64,000 nucleotides of DNA from Candidatus Sumerlaeia bacterium (GCA_033764015.1 JANRJK010000013.1:542174-606173), one strand, 5' to 3'; counted from the stretch's first letter, positions 30,001 through 40,414 are shown. The notes: generated by a model from the letters alone, not told the origin. A program made the numbers and translations.

Positions 30001-31083
30001 ATGGGCGTTCCGCCGAACCGGTTCCGCAAGAAGAAGCGCGTCACGATCACCGACGTGGCACTCGAAGCGAAGGTCTCGATCGCGGCGGTTTCGCGCATCC
30101 TGAACAACAACTACGAAGGTTTCTCCGCGCGCGAGGAGACGAAGGCGCGCGTGCTGGAGGCGGCGCGCCGCCTCGGATACCGCCCCAGCCGGGCCGCCAT
30201 CAGCCTCGCCACGGGGCGCCACGACGCCATCGCGCTCTGCCTTCCCGCCTCGCAGTTCGGCTCGGGCCCCGTGAACGTCTCCTCGATGGACCAAGTGTTC
30301 CAGCAGTTCGAAATGATGCTCGTGATCAGCGGCCTGCGACGCGGCCTCATCGACCACCACCAGGACCTGATCCTGGTGGACGCCGCCAAAGAGCGCCGCC
30401 CCGACGAGTTCGTCCTCCAGCTCCAGGACAAGGTCGACGGCGTCATCTGGGTGAACCCGGACGACGAAGCCGACACGCTGAACGAGATCCTCAACGCCGG
30501 CCTGCCGCTCGCCGTGGTGGGCTCGTCGCCCGTGACGGGCAACTTCGTGAACGTCCGCGCGGACGAACACACCGCCGGGCGCATGGGCATGGGGCACGTC
30601 CTGATCCGCGGCGCCAAGACCGTGCTGGTCGCAGTACCCAAGGAACGCGCCAACCAGGTGGGCATCAAGGAGCGCATCGAGGGCGCCAAGAAGGCCGCCA
30701 ACGACTTCACCAAGTCGAAGGTGGCCGCCCAGACCCTTCTGGTCCCCCGGGACACCGCCAAAGGCCGCGTGGTCTTCGCAGAGTACCTCGACAAGAAGGG
30801 GATCCCCGACGCGATCCTCACGCTGGACGGCCACCTTCCCTTCGCGATCCTCTCGGAGCTGTACGAGCGCGATTTCGACGTGCCGAACGACCTGCTCCTG
30901 GTCGGGTTCGAAGAGAATCCGCTCTACTCGGTGAACGCCCCGTCGCTGACGGGCCTCCGCTACCCGATGGAGCAGCTCTGCTACGAAGCCGCCGCGGCGC
31001 TGATGCAGCTCATCGCGACCGGCGAGGTGCCCGAGCCCGTCCTGCGCGTCCCGCAACTGATCGCCCGCGCCAGCGCGCCCTGA
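30001..31083 (+). CDS. LacI-family transcriptional regulator
   Basis: HTH VTITDVALEAKVSIAAVSRILNN followed by a periplasmic-binding-protein-like domain. Start set at ATG 30001 within ORF 29956..31083. Confidence 0.8.
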   Translation: MGVPPNRFRKKKRVTITDVALEAKVSIAAVSRILNNNYEGFSAREETKARVLEAARRLGYRPSRAAISLATGRHDAIALCLPASQFGSGPVNVSSMDQVFQQFEMMLVISGLRRGLIDHHQDLILVDAAKERRPDEFVLQLQDKVDGVIWVNPDDEADTLNEILNAGLPLAVVGSSPVTGNFVNVRADEHTAGRMGMGHVLIRGAKTVLVAVPKERANQVGIKERIEGAKKAANDFTKSKVAAQTLLVPRDTAKGRVVFAEYLDKKGIPDAILTLDGHLPFAILSELYERDFDVPNDLLLVGFEENPLYSVNAPSLTGLRYPMEQLCYEAAAALMQLIATGEVPEPVLRVPQLIARASAP

Positions 31084-31089
31084 TCGAAC

Positions 31090-31392
31090 GTGGTCCACGA
31101 ACTCGTCCTTTGCACCGAACCGTACCAGGAGCTGGGCGACCTCCACGCGCGCCTTCCGGAGCTGTTCTCCGGCGGCGTGAAGGTCATCGTGGTGGATCTG
31201 GCGGCGACGCCGTTCATCGACTCCATGGTGATCGGGCAGCTGGTGAAGCTGCAGCTCGAGTGCCACCGCCGGTCGGGTCTGCTCGAACTGCGCAACATTG
31301 GCGACAACGCGCGGCGGACGCTTGGGTACTCGGGGCTCGCGGAGCTGTTCGGCCTCGACGAGCCCGAGCCGCCCCGATTCGGGCGGCCGTAG
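31090..31392 (+). CDS. STAS-domain protein (anti-sigma-factor antagonist-like)
   Basis: 100 aa with VIVVDLAATPFIDSMVIGQLVKL, typical of SpoIIAA-like STAS. Confidence 0.6.
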   Translation: MVHELVLCTEPYQELGDLHARLPELFSGGVKVIVVDLAATPFIDSMVIGQLVKLQLECHRRSGLLELRNIGDNARRTLGYSGLAELFGLDEPEPPRFGRP

Positions 31393-31496
31393 CACCCCCG
31401 GCCAGAATTGACACCCCCTCCACGACCAGCGCCCTATTGAATGGACTGGCTCCTCGCATGTAGAGGGGACGGAAGCGGCTTCCGAAAGGAGTTCCC

Positions 31497-32504
31497 GTGA
31501 ACGACGCGCTCCTCACCCAAATGGCCCAAGCGGCGGCGGCGAAAGCGATGACGAACGAAGGCGGCGGTACTTCCGGTGTAGTGATGCCCCCTCCCCAAGG
31601 CTCCGGTCTGAGCCTAGCCGGCGGGCCGAGATTCATCGCCTTCATGGTGGTGCTCTTCGGAGTCACCGGGCTGGGGTACCTGATCCACCCGATCGCGGCG
31701 ATCCCGGCCGGCGTGTTGGGCCTCGTCCTAGGTGTCATCATCGTCCGGATGATCCACATCGCCGCGCAGTGGGAGCGCGGCGTGCAGCTCCGGCTCGGCA
31801 AGCTGATGGCCGTCCGCGAGCCCGGACTCATCATGATCTTCCCGGTCATCGACCACCTCGAGATCGTCGACACGCGCGTGCAAACGCTAGAGATCCCGCG
31901 CCAGCGTGTGATCACCCGCGACAACGTCCCGGTGTCTGTGAACGGCGTCCTCTACTTCAAGATCAACGACGTGCGCGTGGCGCTGACGTCGGTGCAGGAC
32001 TACAAGTTCGGCATCCTCAACTATTCGATGGCGGCGCTGCGCGACGTGATCGGGCGCCTGACACTGGACGAACTGCTCGCGGAGCGCGACCAGATCCAGA
32101 AGGAGATCGAAACCGCGATCGAGAAGCAGTCCGCCGCTTGGGGCCTCTCCGTGGAAGCGCTCCGGCTCCAGGACATCGACATGCCCGAAGAGTTGAAGCG
32201 GATGATGTCCCGCCAGGCCTCCGCGGAGCGCGAGAAGCGCGCGACGATCACCAAGGCGGAAGGCGACAAGCTGGCGGCGCTCAACCTGGCCGACGCGGCG
32301 CGCACCATGTTCGCCAGCCCCGGCGCGATGCAGCTGCGCACGCTCCAGACGCTCGACAGCCTGGGCAGTTCGCCCTCGAACACGGTGGTTCTTGCGATGC
32401 CGACCGACGTGTTCGAGGTGGTCCACAAGCTCGCGCACGGCAAGAGCTTCATCCCTGCCGACGGCGCGGAAGCCCCGGTGCGGCCGGAGGAACTCGGAGG
32501 GTAG
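31497..32504 (+). CDS. SPFH/band-7 (stomatin/prohibitin-like) membrane protein
   Basis: N-terminal TM, then the SPFH core (GKLMAVREPGLIMIFPVIDHLEIVDTRVQTLEIPRQRVITRDN). GTG after AAAGGAG. Confidence 0.8.
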   Translation: MNDALLTQMAQAAAAKAMTNEGGGTSGVVMPPPQGSGLSLAGGPRFIAFMVVLFGVTGLGYLIHPIAAIPAGVLGLVLGVIIVRMIHIAAQWERGVQLRLGKLMAVREPGLIMIFPVIDHLEIVDTRVQTLEIPRQRVITRDNVPVSVNGVLYFKINDVRVALTSVQDYKFGILNYSMAALRDVIGRLTLDELLAERDQIQKEIETAIEKQSAAWGLSVEALRLQDIDMPEELKRMMSRQASAEREKRATITKAEGDKLAALNLADAARTMFASPGAMQLRTLQTLDSLGSSPSNTVVLAMPTDVFEVVHKLAHGKSFIPADGAEAPVRPEELGG

Positions 32505-32534
32505 AGCGGGCGGCGCTACCATGGAATGAACAAG

Positions 32535-32572
32535 GGGCGGCCGGATGACTCGGCCGCCCCTGATTGTTTCCG
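32535..32572. terminator. Bidirectional rho-independent terminator
   Basis: ggggcggcc-ggatgactc-ggccgcccc followed by tgattgtttcc. On the opposite strand it is followed by ttgttcatt. It sits between the convergent SPFH gene and the 53-aa gene. Confidence 0.6.
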
Positions 32573-32591
32573 GGCTGGAGGCGAAGCGCGC

Positions 32592-32753
32592 TCAGTGCGG
32601 CGCGGCTCCGCCCTCCTCCTCGTCCGTCTCTTCCGCGTGGTCGCTCTGGTCGAGGCGCCAAACCACGTAGGGAACCGTGACGATGCCGACGAAGGCCACG
32701 GCGAAGTAGGCCAGCAGCGTGATCAGCTCTTTGGTAGTCATTTGGTCGAACAT
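32592..32753 (-). CDS. Small (53 aa) single-TM membrane protein, not in the ORF track
   Basis: ATG at 32753 preceded by GAAGGAGTCCC, which is this genome's typical RBS context. Translation MFDQMTTKELITLLAYFAVAFVGIVTVPYVVWRLDQSDHAEETDEEEGGAAPH. Directly downstream of the DtxR-family gene. Confidence 0.55.
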   Translation of the reverse strand: MFDQMTTKELITLLAYFAVAFVGIVTVPYVVWRLDQSDHAEETDEEEGGAAPH

Positions 32754-32850
32754 GGCGCCGGGACTCCTTCGCGGGCTAGCTTGTGTGGTCGTGCCGCGGA
32801 GCGGTTATGGCGTCCCGGCACGTGGAGACGCGCAACGGAAAACTCAGCTT

Positions 32851-33396
32851 TCACCCTTCGCGCTTGCCATGCGCATCGACGGCCGTGTGCACCACGCACT
32901 GGATTTCGCACGCGTCGCACGCTTCCGGACCCGGGCACTCGTCCTTGTGGGCGCGAAAGGCGTCGAGGAAGTCGCGCACGACCTTTTCGTTTCCGTGGCC
33001 GTGGATGAAGTGGAGGAACCCGAGCAGTTTGGCGCGGGTTTCGGAGCTGACGAGGTGCTCGACCTTGCAGGCGTCGATGTTCGCCTGCGATTCCGAGACG
33101 CCGAGGACCTCCCGCAGGAACGACGCGAGGGCGACGTTCGACGCGTGGATCTCCGACGCGGTGCGCTCGCCGAGCGGGCTGAGGCGGAGGAAGCGGTTGT
33201 GGTCCTCGTCCACGTATCCGCGCTGCTTGAGCGCCTTGATGCTGACGCTGGCGGAGCCGGGCGTGATCTCCAACTCGCGGGCGACGTCGGTGACGCGGCA
33301 ATAGCCCTGCGCCTTGAAGACGTCGTGGATGGCCATCAGGTAATGGGCCATGCTGTGGGAGATTTCGTGTTCCTCGAACTCTTTCCAGACTTTCAT
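32851..33396 (-). CDS. DtxR/MntR-family metal-dependent transcriptional regulator
   Basis: N-terminal HTH (ISHSMAHYLMAIHDVFKAQGYCRVTDVARELEITPGSASVSIKALKQRGYV) and a dimerisation/metal domain. Start trimmed to ATG 33396. Confidence 0.8.
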   Translation of the reverse strand: MKVWKEFEEHEISHSMAHYLMAIHDVFKAQGYCRVTDVARELEITPGSASVSIKALKQRGYVDEDHNRFLRLSPLGERTASEIHASNVALASFLREVLGVSESQANIDACKVEHLVSSETRAKLLGFLHFIHGHGNEKVVRDFLDAFRAHKDECPGPEACDACEIQCVVHTAVDAHGKREG

Positions 33397-33546
33397 GGCG
33401 ACCTCGCGCGGCACAGGCCCGCAAAACTGGTTCCAGCTTAGCCGCGGCCGCATTCGAAGCAAGCGGAAGGGGCGCGGCGCACTCGGGCCGGGATGCCTTG
33501 ACCGTCCCCTCCGCCCTGGCTAACGTCTTGCTCACCGGGGTGGGGG

Positions 33547-35523
33547 ATGGCGCTTCGCCGCCTCCCGGGCACCGATCACGAAGCACGGCAGGAAACATTG
33601 GATAGCAGCATCCCCGGCGAGTCACCCGCGGCCCGGCCCGCGAATCCGCTCTTGCGGGTCATGGACGCGGTGGACCGCGCGATCCTCCGCGGTTGGCGCG
33701 TCTTCAAGTCCCTCAAGTTCGGCATCTTCCTGCTCGTCCTGATCGGCGCGGTCTCCGTTTGGGGCACCATGGGGTACGCCAGCAACGCGAGCCTCGGCGA
33801 CAACCAGATCCCCATGGCGCGGAGGCTTGTTTTCCAGACGTGGTGGTTCGCGTCGCTGCTCGCGACCTTCGCGATCCAGCTCACCGTCTCGACGTGGCAC
33901 GTGACGGTGATGAGCGTGACGATCTGGTGGCGCCGGGAGTTCCGCCGCTTCGCCGCCTGGTACGCCGCCGGCGGGACGACGCCCCGCGCCGTGCTGTCGG
34001 TGCCGGCGGAGCGCACGGACGACGTCGCCGCGCTCCTGCGGCGGCGCTTCACCACGCTCCAGCGAGACGACGACGCCCTCTTCGCGCAGCGCGGCCTCCT
34101 GTCCCGGTTGGGGCCCACGATCGTGCACGCCGGCATGCTCATGGTGCTCGGCTCCGGCATGGCCCGCTTCCTCCTGCACAGCCAGGGAGAGGTGATGGCG
34201 GAAGGCCGGTTCATCGTCGCCGAGAACGAGGCGTCGAACCTGATCTACGAACCGATCGACGAGGCGCAGGCGATCGGCGGGCGGAACGTCACCGCCCGCG
34301 AAATCCCCGAGAAGCTCTACATCCGCGTGCTGGACTTCGACGAGATCCAGCACCCGAACATCGGCAGTCCGGCCTACTTCAGTTCCCTCGTCGAGATCGT
34401 CGATCCGCTCTCGGGACAGGTGACGGTGCGCCAGCTCGACATGAACCATTCGATGTCGCTGCACGGCTACCAGTTCCACCAAGCGGGTTACGAGGCGGTC
34501 GAGGACGAGACGCCGCAGCGGTGGAACTTCGACGTGCGGGTGCAGTCGACCGGCGAGCGGGTCGCCGTGACGGACGCCGGCGCGAACACGCCGGTGCGCA
34601 TCGGCGACACCGACTACCACATGATCGTCGCCGCCGGCGCGCCGGGCGCGCCGTTCGAGATCTTCCACCGCGACAACCCGCAGCGCATCCTCGCCCGCGG
34701 CACCGTGGGCGGGTCGACCGGGGCGCGCGAATTCACCTTCGAGGTGGTCCAGTTCTTCCCGAACTTCCAGATCGATCCGGTCGAAAGGAAGCCGATCAAC
34801 GCCGGCAACGAACCGCTGAACCCCGCGCTACAGGTGGTGACCTACCTGGACGGCGAGACCTCCACGGTCGAGTGGCTGTTCGCGGACCGCGAGCTGGCCG
34901 CGATCGCGCGCCCGCAGGACCCTGTCTACCAGCTCAAGCTGGCCGACATCCGCGTCCCGGCGGACGCGGCGGAGGTGGACTTCCAGAAACCGGGCGAAGT
35001 GAAGTTCGTGCTCGATGTCGTCCGCCGCTCGACCGGCGCGTCGCTGGGCCAGGTGCCGCTCTTCCTCGACGAGCGCAGTCGGCCCTTCGCTTACGACTTG
35101 CCGGAGATCATGCCCCAGACAACGGGCAACCCGGCCACCGGCGAGGACTTCGCGGTGATCAACCTCGGCCCGGCGCAGCGCTACCTGACGGTGCTCTCCG
35201 TGGTCCGCGAGCCGACCACGATGTTCGTCAACCTCGGCATCGGCGTCATCCTGATCGGCGCGCTGATGACCTTCCTGTCGCGCTACGAGGCGCTCCACGG
35301 CTGGCACGACCGGGCGTCGGGCCGCTTCCACCTGACGCTCACGCCGCGCTGGGGCTACGCTTCGGAGGCATCCGCCGCGGCGCTCGGCGCGCTCGTGGCG
35401 GAGGCCCGCGCCAAGCTGGGCGTCGACGGGGAGCTGCTTCCCTACACGGTCCGGAAAGCGCGCAAGGAAGCCACCGAGAGCGAGAAGTCCATCGCCGACC
35501 CGCAAGCAATCACCTCGACCTGA
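33547..35523 (+). CDS. ccsB: Cytochrome c biogenesis protein ResB/CcsB (system II)
   Basis: ResB-like N-terminal TM region (KSLKFGIFLLVLIGAVSVWGTM), a large periplasmic domain and a C-terminal TM. An alternative start is at ATG 33661. Confidence 0.8.
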   Translation: MALRRLPGTDHEARQETLDSSIPGESPAARPANPLLRVMDAVDRAILRGWRVFKSLKFGIFLLVLIGAVSVWGTMGYASNASLGDNQIPMARRLVFQTWWFASLLATFAIQLTVSTWHVTVMSVTIWWRREFRRFAAWYAAGGTTPRAVLSVPAERTDDVAALLRRRFTTLQRDDDALFAQRGLLSRLGPTIVHAGMLMVLGSGMARFLLHSQGEVMAEGRFIVAENEASNLIYEPIDEAQAIGGRNVTAREIPEKLYIRVLDFDEIQHPNIGSPAYFSSLVEIVDPLSGQVTVRQLDMNHSMSLHGYQFHQAGYEAVEDETPQRWNFDVRVQSTGERVAVTDAGANTPVRIGDTDYHMIVAAGAPGAPFEIFHRDNPQRILARGTVGGSTGAREFTFEVVQFFPNFQIDPVERKPINAGNEPLNPALQVVTYLDGETSTVEWLFADRELAAIARPQDPVYQLKLADIRVPADAAEVDFQKPGEVKFVLDVVRRSTGASLGQVPLFLDERSRPFAYDLPEIMPQTTGNPATGEDFAVINLGPAQRYLTVLSVVREPTTMFVNLGIGVILIGALMTFLSRYEALHGWHDRASGRFHLTLTPRWGYASEASAAALGALVAEARAKLGVDGELLPYTVRKARKEATESEKSIADPQAITST

Positions 35524-35551
35524 CCGCGGCCCCGGCCGCCCGGAAGAACCG

Positions 35552-37348
35552 ATGAAGTTGACGCAACTCCTCAGTTGGCTCCTCGCCGCGATCCTGCTGG
35601 CCGCCCCGTCCGCCGCGCAGACGCTCAGCGACGACGACTCCTCCCGCTTCTCCACCATTCCGCACAGCGCGGAGATGGAGCGCGCCATCGTCTCCAGCCC
35701 CGCGGAGCGCCTCGTCGTCATGACCGACGGCATCCGCGAGACGCTGCTCACCGCGTCGCGGATCCGGCTGGATGAGCTGACAGGCCGCACGGAGATCCGG
35801 GGCCAGGATCCGGAGTACACGTTCCTGTCGATGGTGTACGAGCCGGAGCGCTGGTGGGACGCGGCGATCCTGCCGCTCGAGCACCCGCGCGTGGCGGAGA
35901 TCCTCGGCGCCGACGGCAAGTGGGTGAGCGCGCACTTCGTCGCCGCCAACCCGTCGCTCGCGCGGCTCGAGGGGTCGGCCGCGGAAGCGGCGAAGCACAA
36001 GGCGGACTTCGATGCGATGACGCGGCGCCTCAACGCGGCCGAGCAGGTGCTGCGGCTCCGGGACCGCGAGCTGGCGCTGTCGAGCCTCGCCACGGAGGAA
36101 CTCCCGCGCGAGGCGATCCTCGAGCTGGTTGAGGACCCGGCGAAGCGCCGCGAGTCGCTCCGCGAGCGCGCCTCCCTCGCCGACAAGGTCGCCGAGGAGA
36201 AGGCGTTCCTCGAAGCGACGCAGCGCCTTTTCCACCGGGTTTCGATGGTGGGGGGGATGCGCGATCACCTGGTGCTGGTCCCGAACCGCGAGGACATCCG
36301 CGGCGACTGGTTCCGACCGGGCGAGGGCACCCCGGGTCGAGGGGATGAAGCGGTCTTCGAGGCCGCCAAGCGCCTCGACGCGGCGCTCGCGTCCGCCTTC
36401 CGCCAGGCCGAGCCCTCCGACGTTCCGCGCGCGGTGGCGGCCTTCCTCGATGTGGCGGAGGACCACCCGTCGTACCCGCCGCTCGAACGGCGCGCGGTCA
36501 AGAACGCCTACAAGGAGATGAATCCGTTCCGCTCCGCGGCGGGCCTCTTCATGGCGTCCGCGGTGGGCTTCGGCTTCTTCTTCTTCTTCGGCCGCTCCCC
36601 GCTCCGGTGGATCGGCACCGGCTTGTTCGGCTTGGCGTTCATCGCCCAGACGTTCGGCGTGGGGACGCGGCTGTACATCAGCGGCCACATGCCGGTTTCG
36701 AACATGTACGAATCGATCACGTTCACTTGTTGGGTGGCGATGCTGCTGGCGGGCGGGATCGAACTGCGCCGCCGCGACGGCGTCGCCGGGATCGGCGCGG
36801 CGATCCTGGGGTTCCTGATGCTCGCGGGGGCGTCGTCGATGCCACTGCACGACACGCGCTTCCACCCGCTCCGGGCGGTGCTGAACAGCTACTGGCTGAA
36901 CATCCACGTGACGGCGATGCTGATCAGCTACGCGGCCTTCGCGCTGGCGGCGGTGTTCGCGGCGGCGTACCTGCTCAAGTCGGCGACCGGGCGCGAGGCG
37001 CTCTTCGGCGGCAGGCCGATCATGACGCTGGACCAGACGGAGCAGTTCACTTACCGCCTGGTACAGGTTGGTTGGCCGATCCTGACGCTCGGCATCACCC
37101 TCGGGGCTGTCTGGGCCGACGTCGCCTGGGGCCGCTACTGGGGCTGGGATCCGAAGGAGACTTGGGCGTTCATCACGTGGATCGTGTACACGGTGTACCT
37201 GCACTCGCGCATGGTGATGGGCTGGCGCGGGCGCCTCTCCGCGGCGGCTTGCGTGCTGGGATTCGTCTGCGTGGTCATCACTTGGCTGGGCGTCAGCTAC
37301 CACCCGTGGTTCTCGGGGGGCCTCCACAGCTACGCGTCGCCGACCTGA
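35552..37348 (+). CDS. ccsA: Cytochrome c-type biogenesis protein CcsA/ResC with a roughly 330-aa N-terminal signal-peptide-bearing extension
   Basis: The C-terminal half has the CcsA WWD domain (WGRYWGWDPKETWAFITW) and conserved His. The N-terminal half is a secreted soluble domain (MKLTQLLSWLLAAILLAAPSAAQ...). Confidence 0.85.
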   Translation: MKLTQLLSWLLAAILLAAPSAAQTLSDDDSSRFSTIPHSAEMERAIVSSPAERLVVMTDGIRETLLTASRIRLDELTGRTEIRGQDPEYTFLSMVYEPERWWDAAILPLEHPRVAEILGADGKWVSAHFVAANPSLARLEGSAAEAAKHKADFDAMTRRLNAAEQVLRLRDRELALSSLATEELPREAILELVEDPAKRRESLRERASLADKVAEEKAFLEATQRLFHRVSMVGGMRDHLVLVPNREDIRGDWFRPGEGTPGRGDEAVFEAAKRLDAALASAFRQAEPSDVPRAVAAFLDVAEDHPSYPPLERRAVKNAYKEMNPFRSAAGLFMASAVGFGFFFFFGRSPLRWIGTGLFGLAFIAQTFGVGTRLYISGHMPVSNMYESITFTCWVAMLLAGGIELRRRDGVAGIGAAILGFLMLAGASSMPLHDTRFHPLRAVLNSYWLNIHVTAMLISYAAFALAAVFAAAYLLKSATGREALFGGRPIMTLDQTEQFTYRLVQVGWPILTLGITLGAVWADVAWGRYWGWDPKETWAFITWIVYTVYLHSRMVMGWRGRLSAAACVLGFVCVVITWLGVSYHPWFSGGLHSYASPT

Positions 37349-37423
37349 GCGGGGGCCTCTGAACCCTTGCGGCGCGGCGCGGGCCGCGCTTGGATGCCCG
37401 CACTCCACGGAGGTGCGGGCATC

Positions 37424-38155
37424 GTGGCTTCACCGGGTGCGCAACTGATCGGGCGGACCGCGCTCATCATCGTCGCCGGCGGCAGCGGCAAGCGCTTCGG
37501 CGGCTTCAAGCAGCTCGCCGAGCTCGGCGGCCAGCCGCTGCTCCGGGTCGCGATCCGCGCCTTCGCGACGCTACCCTTCGCGGAGCGCATCGTGGTGCTT
37601 CCGCAGGAGCTGATCGACCGCGGGGTGGGCGTCTTCGAGCCGCCGGAGAACATCGTGCGCTTCATCCCGGGCGGCGCGGAGCGGGCCGACTCGGTGCGCG
37701 AGGGTGTGCGCGCCTGCGGGCCGGAAGTGGAATACGTCGCGGTTCACGACGGCGCGCGGCCGTTCCCGCCGATTTCCGCGATCCGCCGGGCCTTCGAGAT
37801 GCTCGCCGCGGACCACGCGCTCGGCGGCGCGATCCTCTGCTCGCCGATGACGGACACGGTGAAGCGCGTCGGCGCCGAAGGCCGCATCCAGATCACGCTT
37901 CCGCGCACCGACCTGCGCCGCGCCGAGACGCCGCAGATCGTCCGCCGCGACCTGCTGACGCACGCGCTCGAGCAGCCGGGCTTCGAAACCGCCACCGACG
38001 AGGCGCAGCTCCTCGAGTGGTGGGGCCATACCGTCGCCGCGGTGTCGCACGAAGGACTGAACCTGAAGATCACGACCGAACAGGATCTGGCGATCGCGGA
38101 CGCGATGCTGGCGCTCAAGACCCGCAACGCTCAGTTGATCGACACGCACCGCTGA
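37424..38155 (+). CDS. ispD: 2-C-methyl-D-erythritol 4-phosphate cytidylyltransferase
   Basis: IIVAGGSGKRFG, plus HDGARPF and TDTVKRV. GTG 37424 preceded by GGAGGTG. Alternative ATG starts lie at 37367 and 37394. Confidence 0.85.
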   Translation: MASPGAQLIGRTALIIVAGGSGKRFGGFKQLAELGGQPLLRVAIRAFATLPFAERIVVLPQELIDRGVGVFEPPENIVRFIPGGAERADSVREGVRACGPEVEYVAVHDGARPFPPISAIRRAFEMLAADHALGGAILCSPMTDTVKRVGAEGRIQITLPRTDLRRAETPQIVRRDLLTHALEQPGFETATDEAQLLEWWGHTVAAVSHEGLNLKITTEQDLAIADAMLALKTRNAQLIDTHR

Positions 38156-38165
38156 ATTCGGCGAC

Positions 38166-39517
38166 TTAGCCGGGACGCTTCTTCAGCGCGCCGCCCACAT
38201 AGGGCATCGCTGCCGCTTTCAGGTAGATCAGTTCGCCCGCGTACATCAGCGTCAGCAGCAGGCCCCGGTTCTTAACGTCCCGCACACGGCGGAACAGCAG
38301 CATCGAGCCGAAGCGCCCGAGCGCGCTGATCACGAACAGCACGTGGTAGTGGACGAACTGGACACCGAGGAACTCGCCGCGCCACCCCGCGATCCGCTCC
38401 GCCATGACGCCGCTGATCCACGCGCCCGCGAGGAACATCAGCCCCATCACGATGTTGAGCGCGGCGAGGTAGTAGGAGCGCCCCTCGCGCGGCGACAGCG
38501 CGAACGGCAGGTTCATCGACGCGATGCTGAACCCGCTCCAACTGATGCCCGCCAGGATCCACGCGAGGTAGACGAAGAAAAGGCCGCCACTGAGCGAGGC
38601 GACGTACAGGAACGGGATGAACGCGATGGTCGCCACATTGATGGACAGCGCCGGACGGATCCCCGCGCGGTCCATCACCGGCCCCCAAATGCCGTGGAAC
38701 ACCGCGCCGATGGCGAGGCTGGTGACGACGAAGGACGCGAGCTGCGTGTTCGACACGCCGACGTCCTTGATGAGGTACGGGAAGAAGAACGGCGCGCTGA
38801 AGCCGAGCGAGAAGTGGAGCAGCGCGAAGCAGGCGATCAGGCCCCGGAAGTCCGGGTCGCGGAAGGGCCGCGTGGCGTTGCGCAGGAAGCCGCGCTGCGC
38901 GACGCGCTCCATGGGCGGCTCCCATTCGCGGCGGATCGCCTCGACGGAACCGAGGCCGAACACCACGGCCACGAGGAAGACTGCGGCGAAGCCGAACGCC
39001 TCCGCGCCGTTGTCCCGCGCGAGGTCCAGCACCGCGCCGCCCGCCAGCATCGCGATGATCGAACCCACGTTGATGATGCGGTTCCGCCGGCCCATGTAGC
39101 GGCCGCGCAGCGACTCCGGCACAAGGTCCGCGATCCAGCCTTGGAACACGTTGGTCGAGACGCCCTGCATCAATCCCGAGATGACGATCAGCAGGAGGAA
39201 TAGGTGGAGCGCCTCGCGCGGATCGAGCGGGAGGAAGGGCAGCAGGCAGATCGGGATCCAGAGCAGCCGACTCAGCGCCGAGGTGACGACGGTGAGCAGC
39301 CGGCGCGTGCCGAGGCGCTCGGCGATGGCGGCGCCCACCAGGCCCAGGATGTTCGAGACGGAAGGGATCGAGGTGATCAGCGCCATGTGCATGTCGCTGG
39401 CGCCGAGCATCAGCGCGAACGCGCTCAGGAATGCGCTCGTGGTCAGGATCAGGTAGATGCTCGAGAGGAAGCCCTCGATGGAGAGCACCGCGAGGGCGTC
39501 GCGCTGGCGGCTCGTCA
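38166..39517 (-). CDS. MFS transporter
   Basis: Twelve predicted TM helices with MFS-like loops. Start trimmed to ATG 39517 (MTSRQRDAL). Confidence 0.7.
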
Positions 39518-39708
39518 TCGGGTGCTTGCGGTCCGCGCCGGTGACCAGCCCCGAGAGCCTGCGCCACGCAGGGTGCGGCGCGCCCCGCGGGAACGGCAGG
39601 TGGGCCGTCGTGGACGCGTTGCGGATGTCGGTGGTGTCTTCGGCGGTCGGCGGCACGGCTTCGGGAATGTGCCGGTGCGGGGGGCGGGGGCGAAACGGAA
39701 ATCCCGAC

Positions 39709-39948
39709 CTAGCCGCCTCTGCGGATCCTCAACAGGAAGAGGCCGCCGCCCAGCGGATCGCGCGCGAGGACCTGGTGGCCTTCGCGGACGACGGATCGCG
39801 TCACGTTCGCGAGCGGCTCGCCCTCGCGGATGCGGACGTCCAGAAGCGCGCCCGGCGGCAGCTCCTCGAGTTCGAGCTTTGTCTTCACGAAGGTGATCGG
39901 GCAGACGTCGCGGGAAATGTCGAGGAACGCCGGAGCGGCGTCAGCCAT
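39709..39948 (-). CDS. TusA/SirA-like sulfur-carrier family protein
   Basis: 79 aa with an LDISRDVCPITFVKTKLELEEL motif resembling the TusA Cys loop. Confidence 0.55.
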   Translation of the reverse strand: MADAAPAFLDISRDVCPITFVKTKLELEELPPGALLDVRIREGEPLANVTRSVVREGHQVLARDPLGGGLFLLRIRRGG

Positions 39949-40414
39949 CGGCCGCTTCCACCAGCAGTTCGACCTCGACCGGGGCGTTCAGGGGGAGGCT
40001 GGGGCAGCCGACCGCCGCGCGGACGTGAGAGCCCGCCGCGCCGAAAATCTCCTGCAGCAGCAGGCTGGCGCCGTTCGCCACCTTCGGGTGGTCGGTGAAC
40101 GTGTCCGGCGCGGCGACGAAAACGCCCACGCGCACGATGGACGCGATACGGTCCACGCCCCCCGCGGCCTGCGCCGCCGCGGCGACCGCGTTGAGGGCCG
40201 CTTGGCGCGCGCAATCCTGCGCCAGCTCCAACGGCACCTCGACGCCGACGCGCCCCTCGGCCATCAACTTGCCGCCGCGCATGGGGAGTTGGCCGCTCGT
40301 GTAGACCAGCGCGCCGGCGCGCTTGGAGGGAATGTACGCGGCAACCGGGGCGGGCACCGGGGGCAGTTCGATTCCAAGTTCCCGCAACCGCGCGGAGGGA
40401 GTCGTGTCGGCCAT
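39941..40414 (-). CDS. RidA/YjgF-family protein
   Basis: 157 aa within ORF 39941..41041. The C-terminal RidA-like signature is AAVGCPSLPLNAPVEVELL. ATG after GAGGAA. Confidence 0.65.
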   Translation of the reverse strand: MADTTPSARLRELGIELPPVPAPVAAYIPSKRAGALVYTSGQLPMRGGKLMAEGRVGVEVPLELAQDCARQAALNAVAAAAQAAGGVDRIASIVRVGVFVAAPDTFTDHPKVANGASLLLQEIFGAAGSHVRAAVGCPSLPLNAPVEVELLVEAADG

